Of a stretch of DNA of 64,000 bases, positions 48,261 through 57,856 are shown piece after piece. A model generated the notes under the pieces. It worked only from the letters and a program-made list of their open reading frames with translations, ran no database searches and was not told the DNA's origin. Each line of letters starts with the position of its first letter. The stretch's first letter is position 1. The DNA comes from Escherichia phage A221. The stretch is from sequence record ON862890.1; one strand, 5' to 3'. A program made the position numbers and the translations under genes.

Positions 48261-49871
48261 TTACTCTTTGGTGCCGAAATTACCACCATTGTCTTTTAAT
48301 TCTGCCTTGATGTCAATCTCACCCGGACCCGTAGGGGATGCAGGGGTTGCACCTGACAGAGAAGAAGCGCGACCAGCACCTTCGGCATATATGATGTTAC
48401 CATTGATCGTCTGAGCGACAGTCAGTTTGTCAGCGATTATCTCAGTCGTTAGAATCTTAGGAACCTTCAATGTCCCGCCGACCTCCAGAGTCTCGCAGAT
48501 AATGCGTAGAATATTCTGCGCTTGCATTTCCGCTAGGTCACTGAATTTCATCAGCGCTGTGCCCGCAACCACGTTGGAGTAATTGTTGGAATGCAAATGA
48601 TAGACCTCACCTGTCTTGCGCTGAACTTCAGTTCCTTTGACCGTCAGGTTGTGGTCCCCGCCGACATAATAACGCTTGTTGAACATCGTCAGGTCATAGT
48701 GGTCTTTGACGGACTTGTTGACCACATCACCATCCGGCAACATTTGCTTGTAAGACCCAGACTTATGCATCCAATGAAGACGTTCACCACCAGGGGTGTC
48801 ATCCACTTCCATAATATGCCCAGCTCGGGACACCATGACGTTATTGTACGGGTATTTAGAGCCACCCGCAGCCGGAACCATGGTTTCTCCAGTGTTGTCA
48901 ATATCCTGTACTCGTCCAGTAGGAGCCGGAGTCGGTTGTTCCTTTGGAGTACGATCTGGGATAGGTTCTGACCATTTACCATTCTGCTGCGCAGGCACGG
49001 CTGTGGCTGTGTTAGCAGGACCAGGCCAACGATATCCCAAGACCGAAGAACGTCTGAAACGACTAACCTTCACTGAATCGGATTGGTTGCCACCAATACA
49101 CCAGACATAGTTTGCATCGAACTTCTGCACAAACGCTACGTGTCCAAATGTAGGGTTGTTACCACGCCGGAAGACTACGATAGCGCCATATTGTGGTGCT
49201 GACAGTGGAGTGCCCCATGTAAGGTAAGATCGGGCAAGAGCGGAGCGTGTAGACGTGTATCCAGCCTGTATCATAACCCAACCCACGAACGCCGCACACC
49301 ACGACACTTCATCTTCAGAAGCACCAAGGGAGGTTGTCTTGTGATATTCTATAATGCGCGGGTTGTTGTTGAACTTTCCGGCATACTCCTTGATACCTAA
49401 TTCGCCACGAGCGATTGTCATCCACTTCTCTGGATCATACCCGCCAACAGGTGGTTGTGGATCTGGTTGTGGTTCGTCTTCTTGTTTCACAGGAACGTCA
49501 GTGACAGCGTTGTACGCCTGACGTTCTACAGATTGAACGACCTGCCCGAGAGCCAGTGGGTTTGTGTCGGCACCATCAGTAGGACTTGAACCAGTCCAAG
49601 TCCAGGTGATGCGTAAATTCTGGTATGCTTCGTCAAGGGCGAACCCCATAACCTCAGTGCCAGGAATGATACCCGTTGGAGACCAACCTAAACCAGCAGA
49701 GGAGGCATTTGAAGCAGGCATCAGTACCTTCGCCCATGGGAGTTTGTCTGTAGGCAGGAGGACGGGATCGTCGGTGTGTACGCCATATATGCGAACAGCA
49801 ACTCGCCCGTTTTGGTCTGGATCGTTGACATCTTCAACGGTGCCGTAAAACCATCTCATATTGTCTAACAT
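48261..49871 (-). CDS. baseplate central spike (gp5-like) with CHAP peptidoglycan hydrolase domain
   Basis: N-terminal RWFYGTVEDVNDP...GRVAVRIYGVH; CHAP Cys (SWCAAFVGW) and His (FGHVAFV); C-terminal repeat region. Confidence 0.7.
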   Translation of the reverse strand: MLDNMRWFYGTVEDVNDPDQNGRVAVRIYGVHTDDPVLLPTDKLPWAKVLMPASNASSAGLGWSPTGIIPGTEVMGFALDEAYQNLRITWTWTGSSPTDGADTNPLALGQVVQSVERQAYNAVTDVPVKQEDEPQPDPQPPVGGYDPEKWMTIARGELGIKEYAGKFNNNPRIIEYHKTTSLGASEDEVSWCAAFVGWVMIQAGYTSTRSALARSYLTWGTPLSAPQYGAIVVFRRGNNPTFGHVAFVQKFDANYVWCIGGNQSDSVKVSRFRRSSVLGYRWPGPANTATAVPAQQNGKWSEPIPDRTPKEQPTPAPTGRVQDIDNTGETMVPAAGGSKYPYNNVMVSRAGHIMEVDDTPGGERLHWMHKSGSYKQMLPDGDVVNKSVKDHYDLTMFNKRYYVGGDHNLTVKGTEVQRKTGEVYHLHSNNYSNVVAGTALMKFSDLAEMQAQNILRIICETLEVGGTLKVPKILTTEIIADKLTVAQTINGNIIYAEGAGRASSLSGATPASPTGPGEIDIKAELKDNGGNFGTKE

Positions 49872-49905
49872 ATTGAATTCCGGTTGTCAAACAAGGATTT
49901 GAAGG

Positions 49906-49913
49906 TATTTATG
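49906..49913 (-). promoter_or_regulatory. late-promoter-like element CATAAATA (one mismatch to TATAAATA)
   Basis: 34 nt upstream of gp5-like start, same spacing as the exact minus-strand sites. Confidence 0.3.
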
Positions 49914-50210
49914 CGCAGCTGATTTTGCCTTATATACTATAGGAAGCTCTGCTTCCGTTCATTTTATTTGTTTTATTCGATCCTATTCGCTTCGCTCATC
50001 AAACCGCCCTATGCGGGCAGCACCATTCCAATGCCATGGAGGCATAAGGGCGAGTCAATAACTGTACACCCCAGAACACTCCTTGAAAAATGGTATTTTA
50101 CTGACAATCTGATTCAAAACAGACAAACACCAACAAATGACTCGGGAACAAGCCCATTATAGCAATTTCAGGTAAAGAGAGTGCGTGTTAACCGATTTTA
50201 CAGTTAAGCC

Positions 50211-50240
50211 AATAAAAATCCCGCCGAAGCGGGATTACTG
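50211..50240 (-). terminator. rho-independent terminator (minus strand)
   Basis: Stem AATCCCGC/GCGGGATT, loop TTCG, then TTTTTATT on minus strand. Confidence 0.65.
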
Positions 50241-50383
50241 TTTCTTAGACAACCTGACCTTGAGGGCTTCGGTTAACAAGTCAAGATGCCATGGCATCGA
50301 CTCGTTGATTTCAAATATGCTATAGCCGTGTAACTTCAATTCATCACACATCACGAAGTAGGATAATAAATCAGTTTCAAACA

Positions 50384-51190
50384 TTAAATGAAAATTTCAT
50401 TAATACTATTGAATTCGATTTTGTGCTCCTTACCACATTTCGGACACTTGATCGAACTCTTGTAGTGGATGCGCGGTATTTTGTGGAAGAAGTTCTTCGT
50501 AATGCTGTCAATAACATCTGATTCGATGTTATCCTTCACCCATTCAACAAACGCTTCTTTCACACGGCGGCGCTCAGTAGCCTCTTCCGGAGTGATTCCG
50601 ATTTCTTCAGGATTCTCAACCTTCCACACCTGACCGTCATCATCGTACAGACAGTCGATAAAGGTGGCCAGCATCATCTCAACGCTTGCAGCATCAGACA
50701 GTGCCGTAGCGTCCGAGAAGGAAGGTTGGCGCATCTTGAGGTGATATCCACCTGGCAGGTCAAACGTCTCCCGGAAGCCGTCCTGAGCAATGCATTTGAC
50801 GTTGTTCAACGGGATAGGTAGAGTCAGTTCCTGCTCACAGGGAACCATCTGGTGCTTTTCTTGACCATCTCCCAGATCGATCATTTCTTCAATCTGATTA
50901 TTGCACTTATAACGAATCTTCATCAATTCACCGATGGAGATCATGCGCATGCGGATGAACACTTCCTCAACAACGCCGATTGGCAGTTTACTGAAAGGTG
51001 CGCCTGCATTTACACACTCGCTAAAGAGACTCTCCATCATGGCCGCGCGTTCTTCAATCGGCGTTTGCGGATCTGACACCTGAAGTAATAAAGTTTGTTG
51101 CCCCGCAGTAAAGGCGCGATATTTGATCACAGTAGGCCAAAAGTCGCTTTTATATGTCTTTTCTGTTCTGGGCAATGATGGTAAATTCAT
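50384..51190 (-). CDS. hypothetical protein (268 aa) with C-terminal zinc ribbon, possibly baseplate-associated
   Basis: Start at internal Met with GGAGAT RBS; C-terminal CPKCGKEH; context only. Confidence 0.45.
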   Translation of the reverse strand: MNLPSLPRTEKTYKSDFWPTVIKYRAFTAGQQTLLLQVSDPQTPIEERAAMMESLFSECVNAGAPFSKLPIGVVEEVFIRMRMISIGELMKIRYKCNNQIEEMIDLGDGQEKHQMVPCEQELTLPIPLNNVKCIAQDGFRETFDLPGGYHLKMRQPSFSDATALSDAASVEMMLATFIDCLYDDDGQVWKVENPEEIGITPEEATERRRVKEAFVEWVKDNIESDVIDSITKNFFHKIPRIHYKSSIKCPKCGKEHKIEFNSINEIFI

Positions 51191-51239
51191 AATGTATCTC
51201 CACGGTATATTGTAAGAGTAATTATAACGAGGAATGAAA

Positions 51240-51764
51240 ATGCGCGGATTTTGTTTTAGTGAAATAGGCAAAGAACTGTCTATACAATATCCCGATCCCA
51301 ACACAGACTTCTTTATCTTCCTGACCGATTATGCCAAGAAAGAGAATATCCTCCATGTGGCAATGAAACACGAAGATTATAAGTTCTGCCGGCTGGGTGT
51401 CAAAGACCTGCTGCGTTATGGTCTACAAGTGGTCATCGTAGACCCATACTACAGCCCTATCGACGATGAAGAAGTTCTGCCCGTATATGTTCACCGCAAC
51501 ATCAATACATTGGAAAAGCATTATCCAGATTGTATTGTCATCGGCGAACTCATCTCGTATTATCATCGTGTGCGAAAGCTGGAACAGATTAAAAGTTATT
51601 TTCAAGAGGGTGTTGGTCAATATAAGATGAATGCCCTTAGTAGTGGATGGATGGTGCTGTCTTCAGCAGGCAGTGCTGACTATATTAAGATGCGTGTCTA
51701 CCAATACGTTGTGGAGCGCGATTATGAACTGGAGAAAAGTAATGCAAAACGAAAAACCCGTTGA
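51240..51764 (+). CDS. hypothetical protein (174 aa)
   Basis: Second ATG chosen for 6-nt spacing from GAGGA. Confidence 0.45.
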   Translation: MRGFCFSEIGKELSIQYPDPNTDFFIFLTDYAKKENILHVAMKHEDYKFCRLGVKDLLRYGLQVVIVDPYYSPIDDEEVLPVYVHRNINTLEKHYPDCIVIGELISYYHRVRKLEQIKSYFQEGVGQYKMNALSSGWMVLSSAGSADYIKMRVYQYVVERDYELEKSNAKRKTR

Positions 51765-52233
51765 ACGTGCTCCGATTGAGGAAGTACAACAACACGTCCT
51801 GGACCTTATGAAACACACAGTTTCTGATGCCGAAGGTAAAGTGCCGGATGAGTTCATCGGTGCGTTCGATCAGGTGGCTTTCGATACCGAGGGAGTTCCT
51901 TTGATCCAGACGATCGCTGGTATGGTTTTGTTTGAACCGAAAGCAGTAGAAAATGGCGTAATCGTCTACTCAGCCAACATTGGTGTGGACGGTGAGTCCC
52001 TGTCTCTCGAAGTTAGCAACATTGCTAAGTACCTGATCAAGTGTGGTTATGATCTGCAGGTTGTGACAGCCCACTATATCGATCCTCAGGGGCAGATCTC
52101 CTACGGTGATGAAGCGCGCAAAGTGAAACGCCACATCGACACTACCGTGATCCTGCAGAGTATCCAACAGATGCAGAAGAACCTGGACCACCCTGGTCTG
52201 ATCCTGCCTGACAGCAAAATCATCACTCGTTAA
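51742..52233 (+). CDS. hypothetical protein (163 aa)
   Basis: Internal ATG with GGAGAAAAG RBS. Confidence 0.45.
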   Translation: MQNEKPVERAPIEEVQQHVLDLMKHTVSDAEGKVPDEFIGAFDQVAFDTEGVPLIQTIAGMVLFEPKAVENGVIVYSANIGVDGESLSLEVSNIAKYLIKCGYDLQVVTAHYIDPQGQISYGDEARKVKRHIDTTVILQSIQQMQKNLDHPGLILPDSKIITR

Positions 52234-52239
52234 CCCAGC

Positions 52240-52284
52240 GTAAATAGCCCATACACCAATGAAACTTTGTTATGGGCTATTTAC
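52240..52284. other. perfect 14-bp inverted repeat GTAAATAGCCCATA/TATGGGCTATTTAC with 17-nt spacer
   Basis: Right arm ends 1 nt before ATG 52285. Confidence 0.8.
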
Positions 52285-52875
52285 ATGAAATATTGCGGAA
52301 TCGACTACTCCTATGGTTGTCCATCCCTGTGCTTCTGGGATGATAAAGACCCTCTTGATTTTGATCATCTGCGCTTCTACGCATATTATACTGTGGAGAA
52401 GTACTGCACTCAGATTCGTCAGAACATCCTTATCATGAAGCAACCGAAGTGGGAGACCCCAGAAGAACGCTTCTATAACATCTGTAAATGGGCTGAGGCT
52501 GTCCTGTTGACTGAGAAGCCGGATGCGATCACTCTTGAAGGGTATGCTATGGGCAACTCTAAGAACTCCAACAACATATGCCAGACCGCAGAGAACACCT
52601 CACTGTTGAAGCAAGCCCTGCGCCGTAACAATTTCGACTTCCAGATCGTGACGCCATCCCATGTGAAGAAGATGTTCACCGACAAGGGCAACGCCGATAA
52701 ACACGCCATGATCGCTCACTTCGAGTCACTGTTCAATGTTAGCATGCGCGGTATAATGGATATGTTGGAAGTTAAGGATCCTAAGCCAATCGATGACCTC
52801 GTGGATTCGTTTGCAATAATGGCTTGTGGCTCTTACTTCATTGAGAATAATCCAGACTTCAACAGAGGTGTATAA
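52285..52875 (+). CDS. possible RuvC-like Holliday-junction resolvase
   Basis: N-terminal MKYCGIDYSYG, later TLEGYAMGNS and DSFAIMACGS resemble RuvC-fold acidic motifs; weak. Confidence 0.4.
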   Translation: MKYCGIDYSYGCPSLCFWDDKDPLDFDHLRFYAYYTVEKYCTQIRQNILIMKQPKWETPEERFYNICKWAEAVLLTEKPDAITLEGYAMGNSKNSNNICQTAENTSLLKQALRRNNFDFQIVTPSHVKKMFTDKGNADKHAMIAHFESLFNVSMRGIMDMLEVKDPKPIDDLVDSFAIMACGSYFIENNPDFNRGV

Positions 52876-53186
52876 TGGTCGATTACTGGTTGTTGGCGAA
52901 CTTCCTGACGTTCGCTTTGTTGTTAGTGGTTGTCTTGGTCTGGGTGAAGTCGTTCTTCACTCTGGTTCATGCGTATGTGTACCAGATCAACTTCTACACA
53001 CTGTCCCCACATCGTGACACGAACGTTCGTGCCGATCAACAGGCCGAGGCTATCCTCTCATATCAGTTCATCCACATGCGCGATAAAATGATCAAGCGTG
53101 TAGTGTTTTCTACAGTGATGTTGCTGGTTATCATTATGGTACGTTTCGTGCTGACAACCGTGGGGGTGTTCCATGCCGCTGTATGA
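52875..53186 (+). CDS. membrane protein (103 aa)
   Basis: Hydrophobic N-terminal and C-terminal helices. Confidence 0.45.
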   Translation: MVDYWLLANFLTFALLLVVVLVWVKSFFTLVHAYVYQINFYTLSPHRDTNVRADQQAEAILSYQFIHMRDKMIKRVVFSTVMLLVIIMVRFVLTTVGVFHAAV

Positions 53187-53418
53187 TTATCAATGCAAGG
53201 GCTGTGGTAACGCGATGACACTGCGTAAATCTATTGCAGATCGCCACGAGCCTGAATCCAACCCCTGTACTGAGTGCGGAGGGGAGATTAAAATGATCGT
53301 GGGTGCTCCCAAGATTGTCTCTGGGGTGAAGGGACCGCAATCAGCTCCAGACGGCTTCAAGGACGTCTTGCGTACGATAAAGAAGGGTTCGGGTAAGGGG
53401 AACACAATCGATGTCTGA
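53173..53418 (+). CDS. zinc-ribbon protein (FmdB-like)
   Basis: MPLYDYQCKGCG...CTECGG. Confidence 0.5.
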   Translation: MPLYDYQCKGCGNAMTLRKSIADRHEPESNPCTECGGEIKMIVGAPKIVSGVKGPQSAPDGFKDVLRTIKKGSGKGNTIDV

Positions 53419-53656
53419 CGAAAAACAGCCAGCGCTTGTGATGACACCAGAATTATTTTCTGAAATCGTCCTACTACGCGCTGCCCAAACCAAGGATAGT
53501 ATCCTTGAGACTCTGGCAGCTGTCTGTGAAGAGAACGACATAGACGAGACCAAAGTCAAAAAGATGATTACAGCACCATTGTTGTCACGACTGACAGCTG
53601 AGTGCTCCGATGCGCGCCTGATCAAAGACGCGCTAAAGTCCAAGAAATTAGTGTAG
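53411..53656 (+). CDS. hypothetical protein (81 aa)
   Basis: ORF track. Confidence 0.4.
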   Translation: MSDEKQPALVMTPELFSEIVLLRAAQTKDSILETLAAVCEENDIDETKVKKMITAPLLSRLTAECSDARLIKDALKSKKLV

Positions 53657-53663
53657 GTCTATT

Positions 53664-53903
53664 ATGAGCAAAGAATCAATTTACAGCGCAATGAAAGCCT
53701 CCGAGTTCCTTCCTGGCTCTATGCGCTGGCGTGTGGGTAGCCTGAACGAGCATGCCGACCAGACGGATCGTATTCGTTACGTTACCCCTGATGGTCGCTC
53801 ATATGTCGTTGAGTATCACACGCACGACGAAGGCAAGAAGACGTTTTCGGACGTGTTCGACATTATTGAAATTGACCCAGCAAATCAAGTGCTTAAAGGT
53901 TAA
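53664..53903 (+). CDS. hypothetical protein (79 aa)
   Basis: ORF track. Confidence 0.4.
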   Translation: MSKESIYSAMKASEFLPGSMRWRVGSLNEHADQTDRIRYVTPDGRSYVVEYHTHDEGKKTFSDVFDIIEIDPANQVLKG

Positions 53904-54002
53904 TTCAATGTAAGATCGGGGTATAATTACCCCGCTTTGTAGCAAACTGAAAATACATGTAACAGAATAGCCCTGAGGGGCGGAAACAGAGGAAATTAAG
54001 AA

Positions 54003-55019
54003 ATGGGTAATTTATTCGATCGTCTGAAAGCGTCCCGTGGCCAGCAAACTGAAGCTATGCAGGCGCGTCTTGCACAGCAAGGCCAGAAGTCCGGTTTCCA
54101 GAAGGATCCTCGCATCTGGAAATGGACTTGGAACAAAGATGGTATCTCCGAGAACATCATCCGCTTCCTGCCAGTCCCGCTGGTAGACCTCAAGGCACAG
54201 GAAGAAGGGACGATCGATAAAGATCAGATCCTCACCCCTTGTGCCATGATCATGAAACATCAGTTCCAGGGACCTGGTGGTTGGTACATTGAGAACTCAC
54301 CTCAGACGTTCGGCAACGACGATCCGGTGCGCGACCATGACCGTCCGCTGTGGGCGCAGCAGAAAGAAACGAACGACGAAAAGCTGAAGGACATCCTGAA
54401 GAAACGTCTACCCGACACCAAATACTACGCTAACATCCTGGTGATCAAAGATGTCAACGTACCGGAAAACAACGGCAAGGTCTTCCTGCTGGAATTTGGT
54501 AACGCCATCAAGAAAATCCTGGATCAGGCGCAGAATCCTAAGTTCCCAACCGACCCTAAATTCGATCCGTTCGATCTGTGGGAAGGTGCCAACCTGAACC
54601 TGAAGCTCTTTGGCGAGCAGAAGAAGTTTGGGAACTGGGAAGGTCTGGTGGCAAACTTCAGTAAGGTGGTGTGGGAGAACCCTGCCCCGCTGAGTGATGA
54701 CGAAGCGTATATGGAAGACGTCTGGTCTCGCGAGCACAGCCTGTTTGAATTCTTCAATCCGGCTAACTTCAAAGACTACGACTCCCTGGAAAAGCGCCTG
54801 CGCAAAGTTCTGGCAATCCCTGATGACCAGCCTCTGGTTGAAGGTGGTGCAGCCACGATGGCTCATGCTCCTAGCACCCAGACTACACATCAGCCAACTG
54901 CTCAAGACAGCCTGAAACAGCAACAGGCCGCGCCGTCGCAGGCTCAGGCTCAGGCTCAACCAGATGCCAGAAACACGGCTTCCATTGACGACTTCGAGCG
55001 GTATCTCAAGTCTAACTGA
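54003..55019 (+). CDS. 32: single-stranded DNA-binding protein (gp32 family)
   Basis: IRFLP, WYIE, YYANILVIKD...PENNGKVF, WEGANLNLK match T4 gp32; AGAGGA RBS. Confidence 0.8.
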   Translation: MGNLFDRLKASRGQQTEAMQARLAQQGQKSGFQKDPRIWKWTWNKDGISENIIRFLPVPLVDLKAQEEGTIDKDQILTPCAMIMKHQFQGPGGWYIENSPQTFGNDDPVRDHDRPLWAQQKETNDEKLKDILKKRLPDTKYYANILVIKDVNVPENNGKVFLLEFGNAIKKILDQAQNPKFPTDPKFDPFDLWEGANLNLKLFGEQKKFGNWEGLVANFSKVVWENPAPLSDDEAYMEDVWSREHSLFEFFNPANFKDYDSLEKRLRKVLAIPDDQPLVEGGAATMAHAPSTQTTHQPTAQDSLKQQQAAPSQAQAQAQPDARNTASIDDFERYLKSN

Positions 55020-55024
55020 TCAAC

Positions 55025-55052
55025 AAGCCATCTTCGGATGGCTTTTTATTTT
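55025..55052 (+). terminator. rho-independent terminator
   Basis: Stem AAGCCATC/GATGGCTT, loop TTCG, then TTTTTATTTT. Confidence 0.7.
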
Positions 55053-55990
55053 CCCAACACGTCTTGCAATATTCCCAACAGGCTTGTCTTCTCCGCCGCC
55101 GTCAGGTTATCGTTACCCATGATGTCACGAGAGATACCTACCGAGATGCGCTCGAAGTCCTGTATGCTTATCCCAGCCAGGTTGTTTACAAGTTGGTCAA
55201 GCTGTTTGTAAGCCAGGAGAGCCTCTCCTGTGAAGTTCCCTTCTTTCACCTTGCGATAAAGCTGTCCAGCTTTTGAGGCCGCAGTTTCCCAGTCACCACT
55301 GGTAAGAGCGTCAGCAATGCCGAGAGGAAGAAAATCGCTGGAAAGGCTGCGTGTTTCATATTCTGTCTCCGAAAGCACTTTGTTGTAAGAGAAAGAAATG
55401 TTGTACTGGTTGAACTGGTCTGTGGCACCTTTATCCAGCTCAATAGAACTGAAATTTATTGGGTGAGCCTCGACGATGTAGACGCGGTGGACCACTTGAT
55501 CTTCGGTGTCAAGCTGTTCAATGCATATGTCAGTCACGAAGTCTTCGTAATATCCCATTTTGGTGGTGTGTGGATCAAAGATCAGACTCTTCCACTTGTC
55601 CATCACAGACTTCTCATAATAGTCATTGGCTAATAAGAATGACAAGTCGAGGTCGACGTTGGACTTGTTGTTCGGCATCTTGATGTGATTACCGTTGTTT
55701 GTCATTGGAGTGGTGTCGATACCAACTCCTGGCAATGAGGCAACCATACACATCATCTGAAGGGAACGGGACGTCTGGTTTGTCCCTCCAAAGAAAGCGT
55801 TTACAATACGGGCTGACTGCTTAAACAAGTCACCGAAAGATGAATTGGTTCTATACGCCTTTCCGTCATTAGCCAGAGTGGCATTGGAGTCAAAGATCCC
55901 TGGTGGTAGAGGGATGGTCACTCTGAAGCGGTTCTTGCGCGACAAGCCCCGCTGTAATATCTGTGTGATAAAATTGCGATAGTCTTCCAC
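55046..55990 (-). CDS. late structural protein, possibly tail-tube/baseplate (gp48/gp54-like)
   Basis: GTG start with GGAG RBS; exact TATAAATA 34 nt upstream on minus strand; weak N-terminal resemblance to tail-tube family. Confidence 0.45.
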   Translation of the reverse strand: MEDYRNFITQILQRGLSRKNRFRVTIPLPPGIFDSNATLANDGKAYRTNSSFGDLFKQSARIVNAFFGGTNQTSRSLQMMCMVASLPGVGIDTTPMTNNGNHIKMPNNKSNVDLDLSFLLANDYYEKSVMDKWKSLIFDPHTTKMGYYEDFVTDICIEQLDTEDQVVHRVYIVEAHPINFSSIELDKGATDQFNQYNISFSYNKVLSETEYETRSLSSDFLPLGIADALTSGDWETAASKAGQLYRKVKEGNFTGEALLAYKQLDQLVNNLAGISIQDFERISVGISRDIMGNDNLTAAEKTSLLGILQDVLGK

Positions 55991-56024
55991 GGTGAGGACT
56001 CCACTTAAATAAAATAACTGTTAT

Positions 56025-56032
56025 TATTTATA
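56025..56032 (-). promoter_or_regulatory. T4-type late promoter core TATAAATA
   Basis: Exact octamer on minus strand upstream of minus gene 55046-55990. Confidence 0.45.
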
Positions 56033-56043
56033 GGAGTTGACAA

Positions 56044-56748
56044 ATGGCAAAGAATGCAGCTGGCGAAGAAGATCCGTTGCTGTTTCCGGCCGAGATGGAC
56101 GCCCCCGAGCTGGTCAAGCGTTACATCCGCAAGTACCGTCAACACTTCGGTCCAGAGGCGAAGCGTAACATCCGCCGTTCGCATGTGTGGTTCATGGAGC
56201 GTGTGTCTAAGGACGCCAACCTGAGTCCCAACCATATGAAACAGGCGTTTGCTGATCACAAACGTCCGGTACAAGGTGTGCGGTATATAGTCGGGCGTAT
56301 GTTCTATTTCAAATATGATGCTCTGACGAAGAATGAACTACCCTACTGGGATATGTACCCTCTGGTGTTCTTCTTCAACTTTGTCAAGGGTGATGGTATC
56401 ACCTTTGGAGAGAAGGGTGTGACATACCTCTGGGGGCTCAACATGCACTACCTGCCACCGAAGCTCAGGCTGTTGGTGTTTGAGGATCTGATCAAGTTGC
56501 GTAACGAACGGGCATACCGCTCAAAGACGCGTCTGAAGCTCACCTGGGAAGCCCTGAAGCGCTTCGCCAACCATCCGCTGTACAATCACTGTGTGAAGCT
56601 GTACCGCGCCGATCAGTTCCGTTCACAGCTTTACGAGATTGAGCCACAGTACTGGGAGATCGTTCTCTTCATGCGCACTGCCCGCTTCCAGAAACAGAGC
56701 CAGATGTCTGTGTGGAAAGATGCACGTCGTATGCATAAGAAGAAATAG
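56044..56748 (+). CDS. hypothetical basic protein (234 aa)
   Basis: AGGAG RBS. Confidence 0.5.
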   Translation: MAKNAAGEEDPLLFPAEMDAPELVKRYIRKYRQHFGPEAKRNIRRSHVWFMERVSKDANLSPNHMKQAFADHKRPVQGVRYIVGRMFYFKYDALTKNELPYWDMYPLVFFFNFVKGDGITFGEKGVTYLWGLNMHYLPPKLRLLVFEDLIKLRNERAYRSKTRLKLTWEALKRFANHPLYNHCVKLYRADQFRSQLYEIEPQYWEIVLFMRTARFQKQSQMSVWKDARRMHKKK

Positions 56749-56810
56749 TTCTATAACCCGTTCCGAGGGATAATTCGTGAACAGGTAATCCTAAATGATG
56801 AGGCTATAAC

Positions 56811-57560
56811 ATGTCACAAATTTATCGTATGTTCGGGTTAGAGTTTACCCCAGCTCGCCTTGATATGAAACTCCCAAATTTTGAAAAGAGTGGATTCGAA
56901 GTCGGTTGTGTTCTGGGTTTCGATCGAAACGGCAGATCCGTTCGTGAACAAAATATTTTCGATGTTCTGGGTGTGAAACCGGACAGTGAAACAGCAATCC
57001 GCTTCGAAGAGGACATCCGTTTTGGTCATTCCGACCTGTACGATTATGTCCGTGATGTGATCGCTGGTTATGAACACGCTAAAGCACACATGAAGATGGC
57101 CACCGATGCATGCCTGAAACTGGCGCATTGTCTATACTTCTTTGGTCGCAAGCGTCAGAATCTCGATATGGTATTCCCATCAGAACTGCTTGAACGCTTC
57201 TCTGAAACCGAATTTCTACTGAAGCAAGCCGACGGAGTTGCTGTCAAATCTAGTGAAGTATTCAAATACCCGATAAATCTGGTTTCTGGACATCTGCTGG
57301 TAGGGCGTGATCAGGTCGACCTGGCGATTCATCCGGATATGGAGTATGATCAGAACTCCTGTCGTGCCATCCACAACTACGTAGGTGTCATTCTAGAAAA
57401 CTTGTACTCAGCCATGGAAGAAGTGATGGCAGCAGAACAACAGGAAGAAGTGATTCGTCGTATCCGCGAAGATATCGAAGGGAAGGTGAAACAGGATGTT
57501 CTAGGGGAATATCCACCAGAGTATTTCCCTGAAGTTCCAAACTTCTACTTGTCCAAATAA
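56811..57560 (+). CDS. hypothetical protein (249 aa)
   Basis: ORF track. Confidence 0.5.
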   Translation: MSQIYRMFGLEFTPARLDMKLPNFEKSGFEVGCVLGFDRNGRSVREQNIFDVLGVKPDSETAIRFEEDIRFGHSDLYDYVRDVIAGYEHAKAHMKMATDACLKLAHCLYFFGRKRQNLDMVFPSELLERFSETEFLLKQADGVAVKSSEVFKYPINLVSGHLLVGRDQVDLAIHPDMEYDQNSCRAIHNYVGVILENLYSAMEEVMAAEQQEEVIRRIREDIEGKVKQDVLGEYPPEYFPEVPNFYLSK

Positions 57561-57574
57561 CTCCACTGTGAGAG

Positions 57575-57856
57575 GTGTGTATGAAACGTTATCTGAAGCT
57601 GACGACTGTCCTTGAGTCGATCATAGAGTATTTCATCATGCAACACCTCCGCGCCGACAACATGCATTTAGACGGTTGCCTGACGTATGACCACAAGATC
57701 ATTGTCCATTCTGTTGAAGTGGTGGATGATGATCTGATGATTGCAAATGTAGAACACTGTCTGTTTGATGAGTCGGTTGATGCGTACTGTCAACCACGGT
57801 TCGCAAAAGTCGAGCTAACAAATTGTTGGCCGCCGGAAATGGTTTTTCTATATTGA
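57575..57856 (+). CDS. hypothetical protein (93 aa)
   Basis: GAGAGG RBS. Confidence 0.4.
   Translation: MCMKRYLKLTTVLESIIEYFIMQHLRADNMHLDGCLTYDHKIIVHSVEVVDDDLMIANVEHCLFDESVDAYCQPRFAKVELTNCWPPEMVFLY

Noticed and set aside
49968-50162. 64-aa plus-strand ORF in the long intergenic region
   Set aside because: No RBS, odd composition and wrong orientation relative to flanking minus-strand genes; the region is more likely regulatory or non-coding.
51219-51226. Late promoter for minus gene 50384-51190
   Set aside because: Sequence is TATAATTA on the minus strand, one mismatch from TATAAATA, and spacing differs (28 nt); too weak to call.
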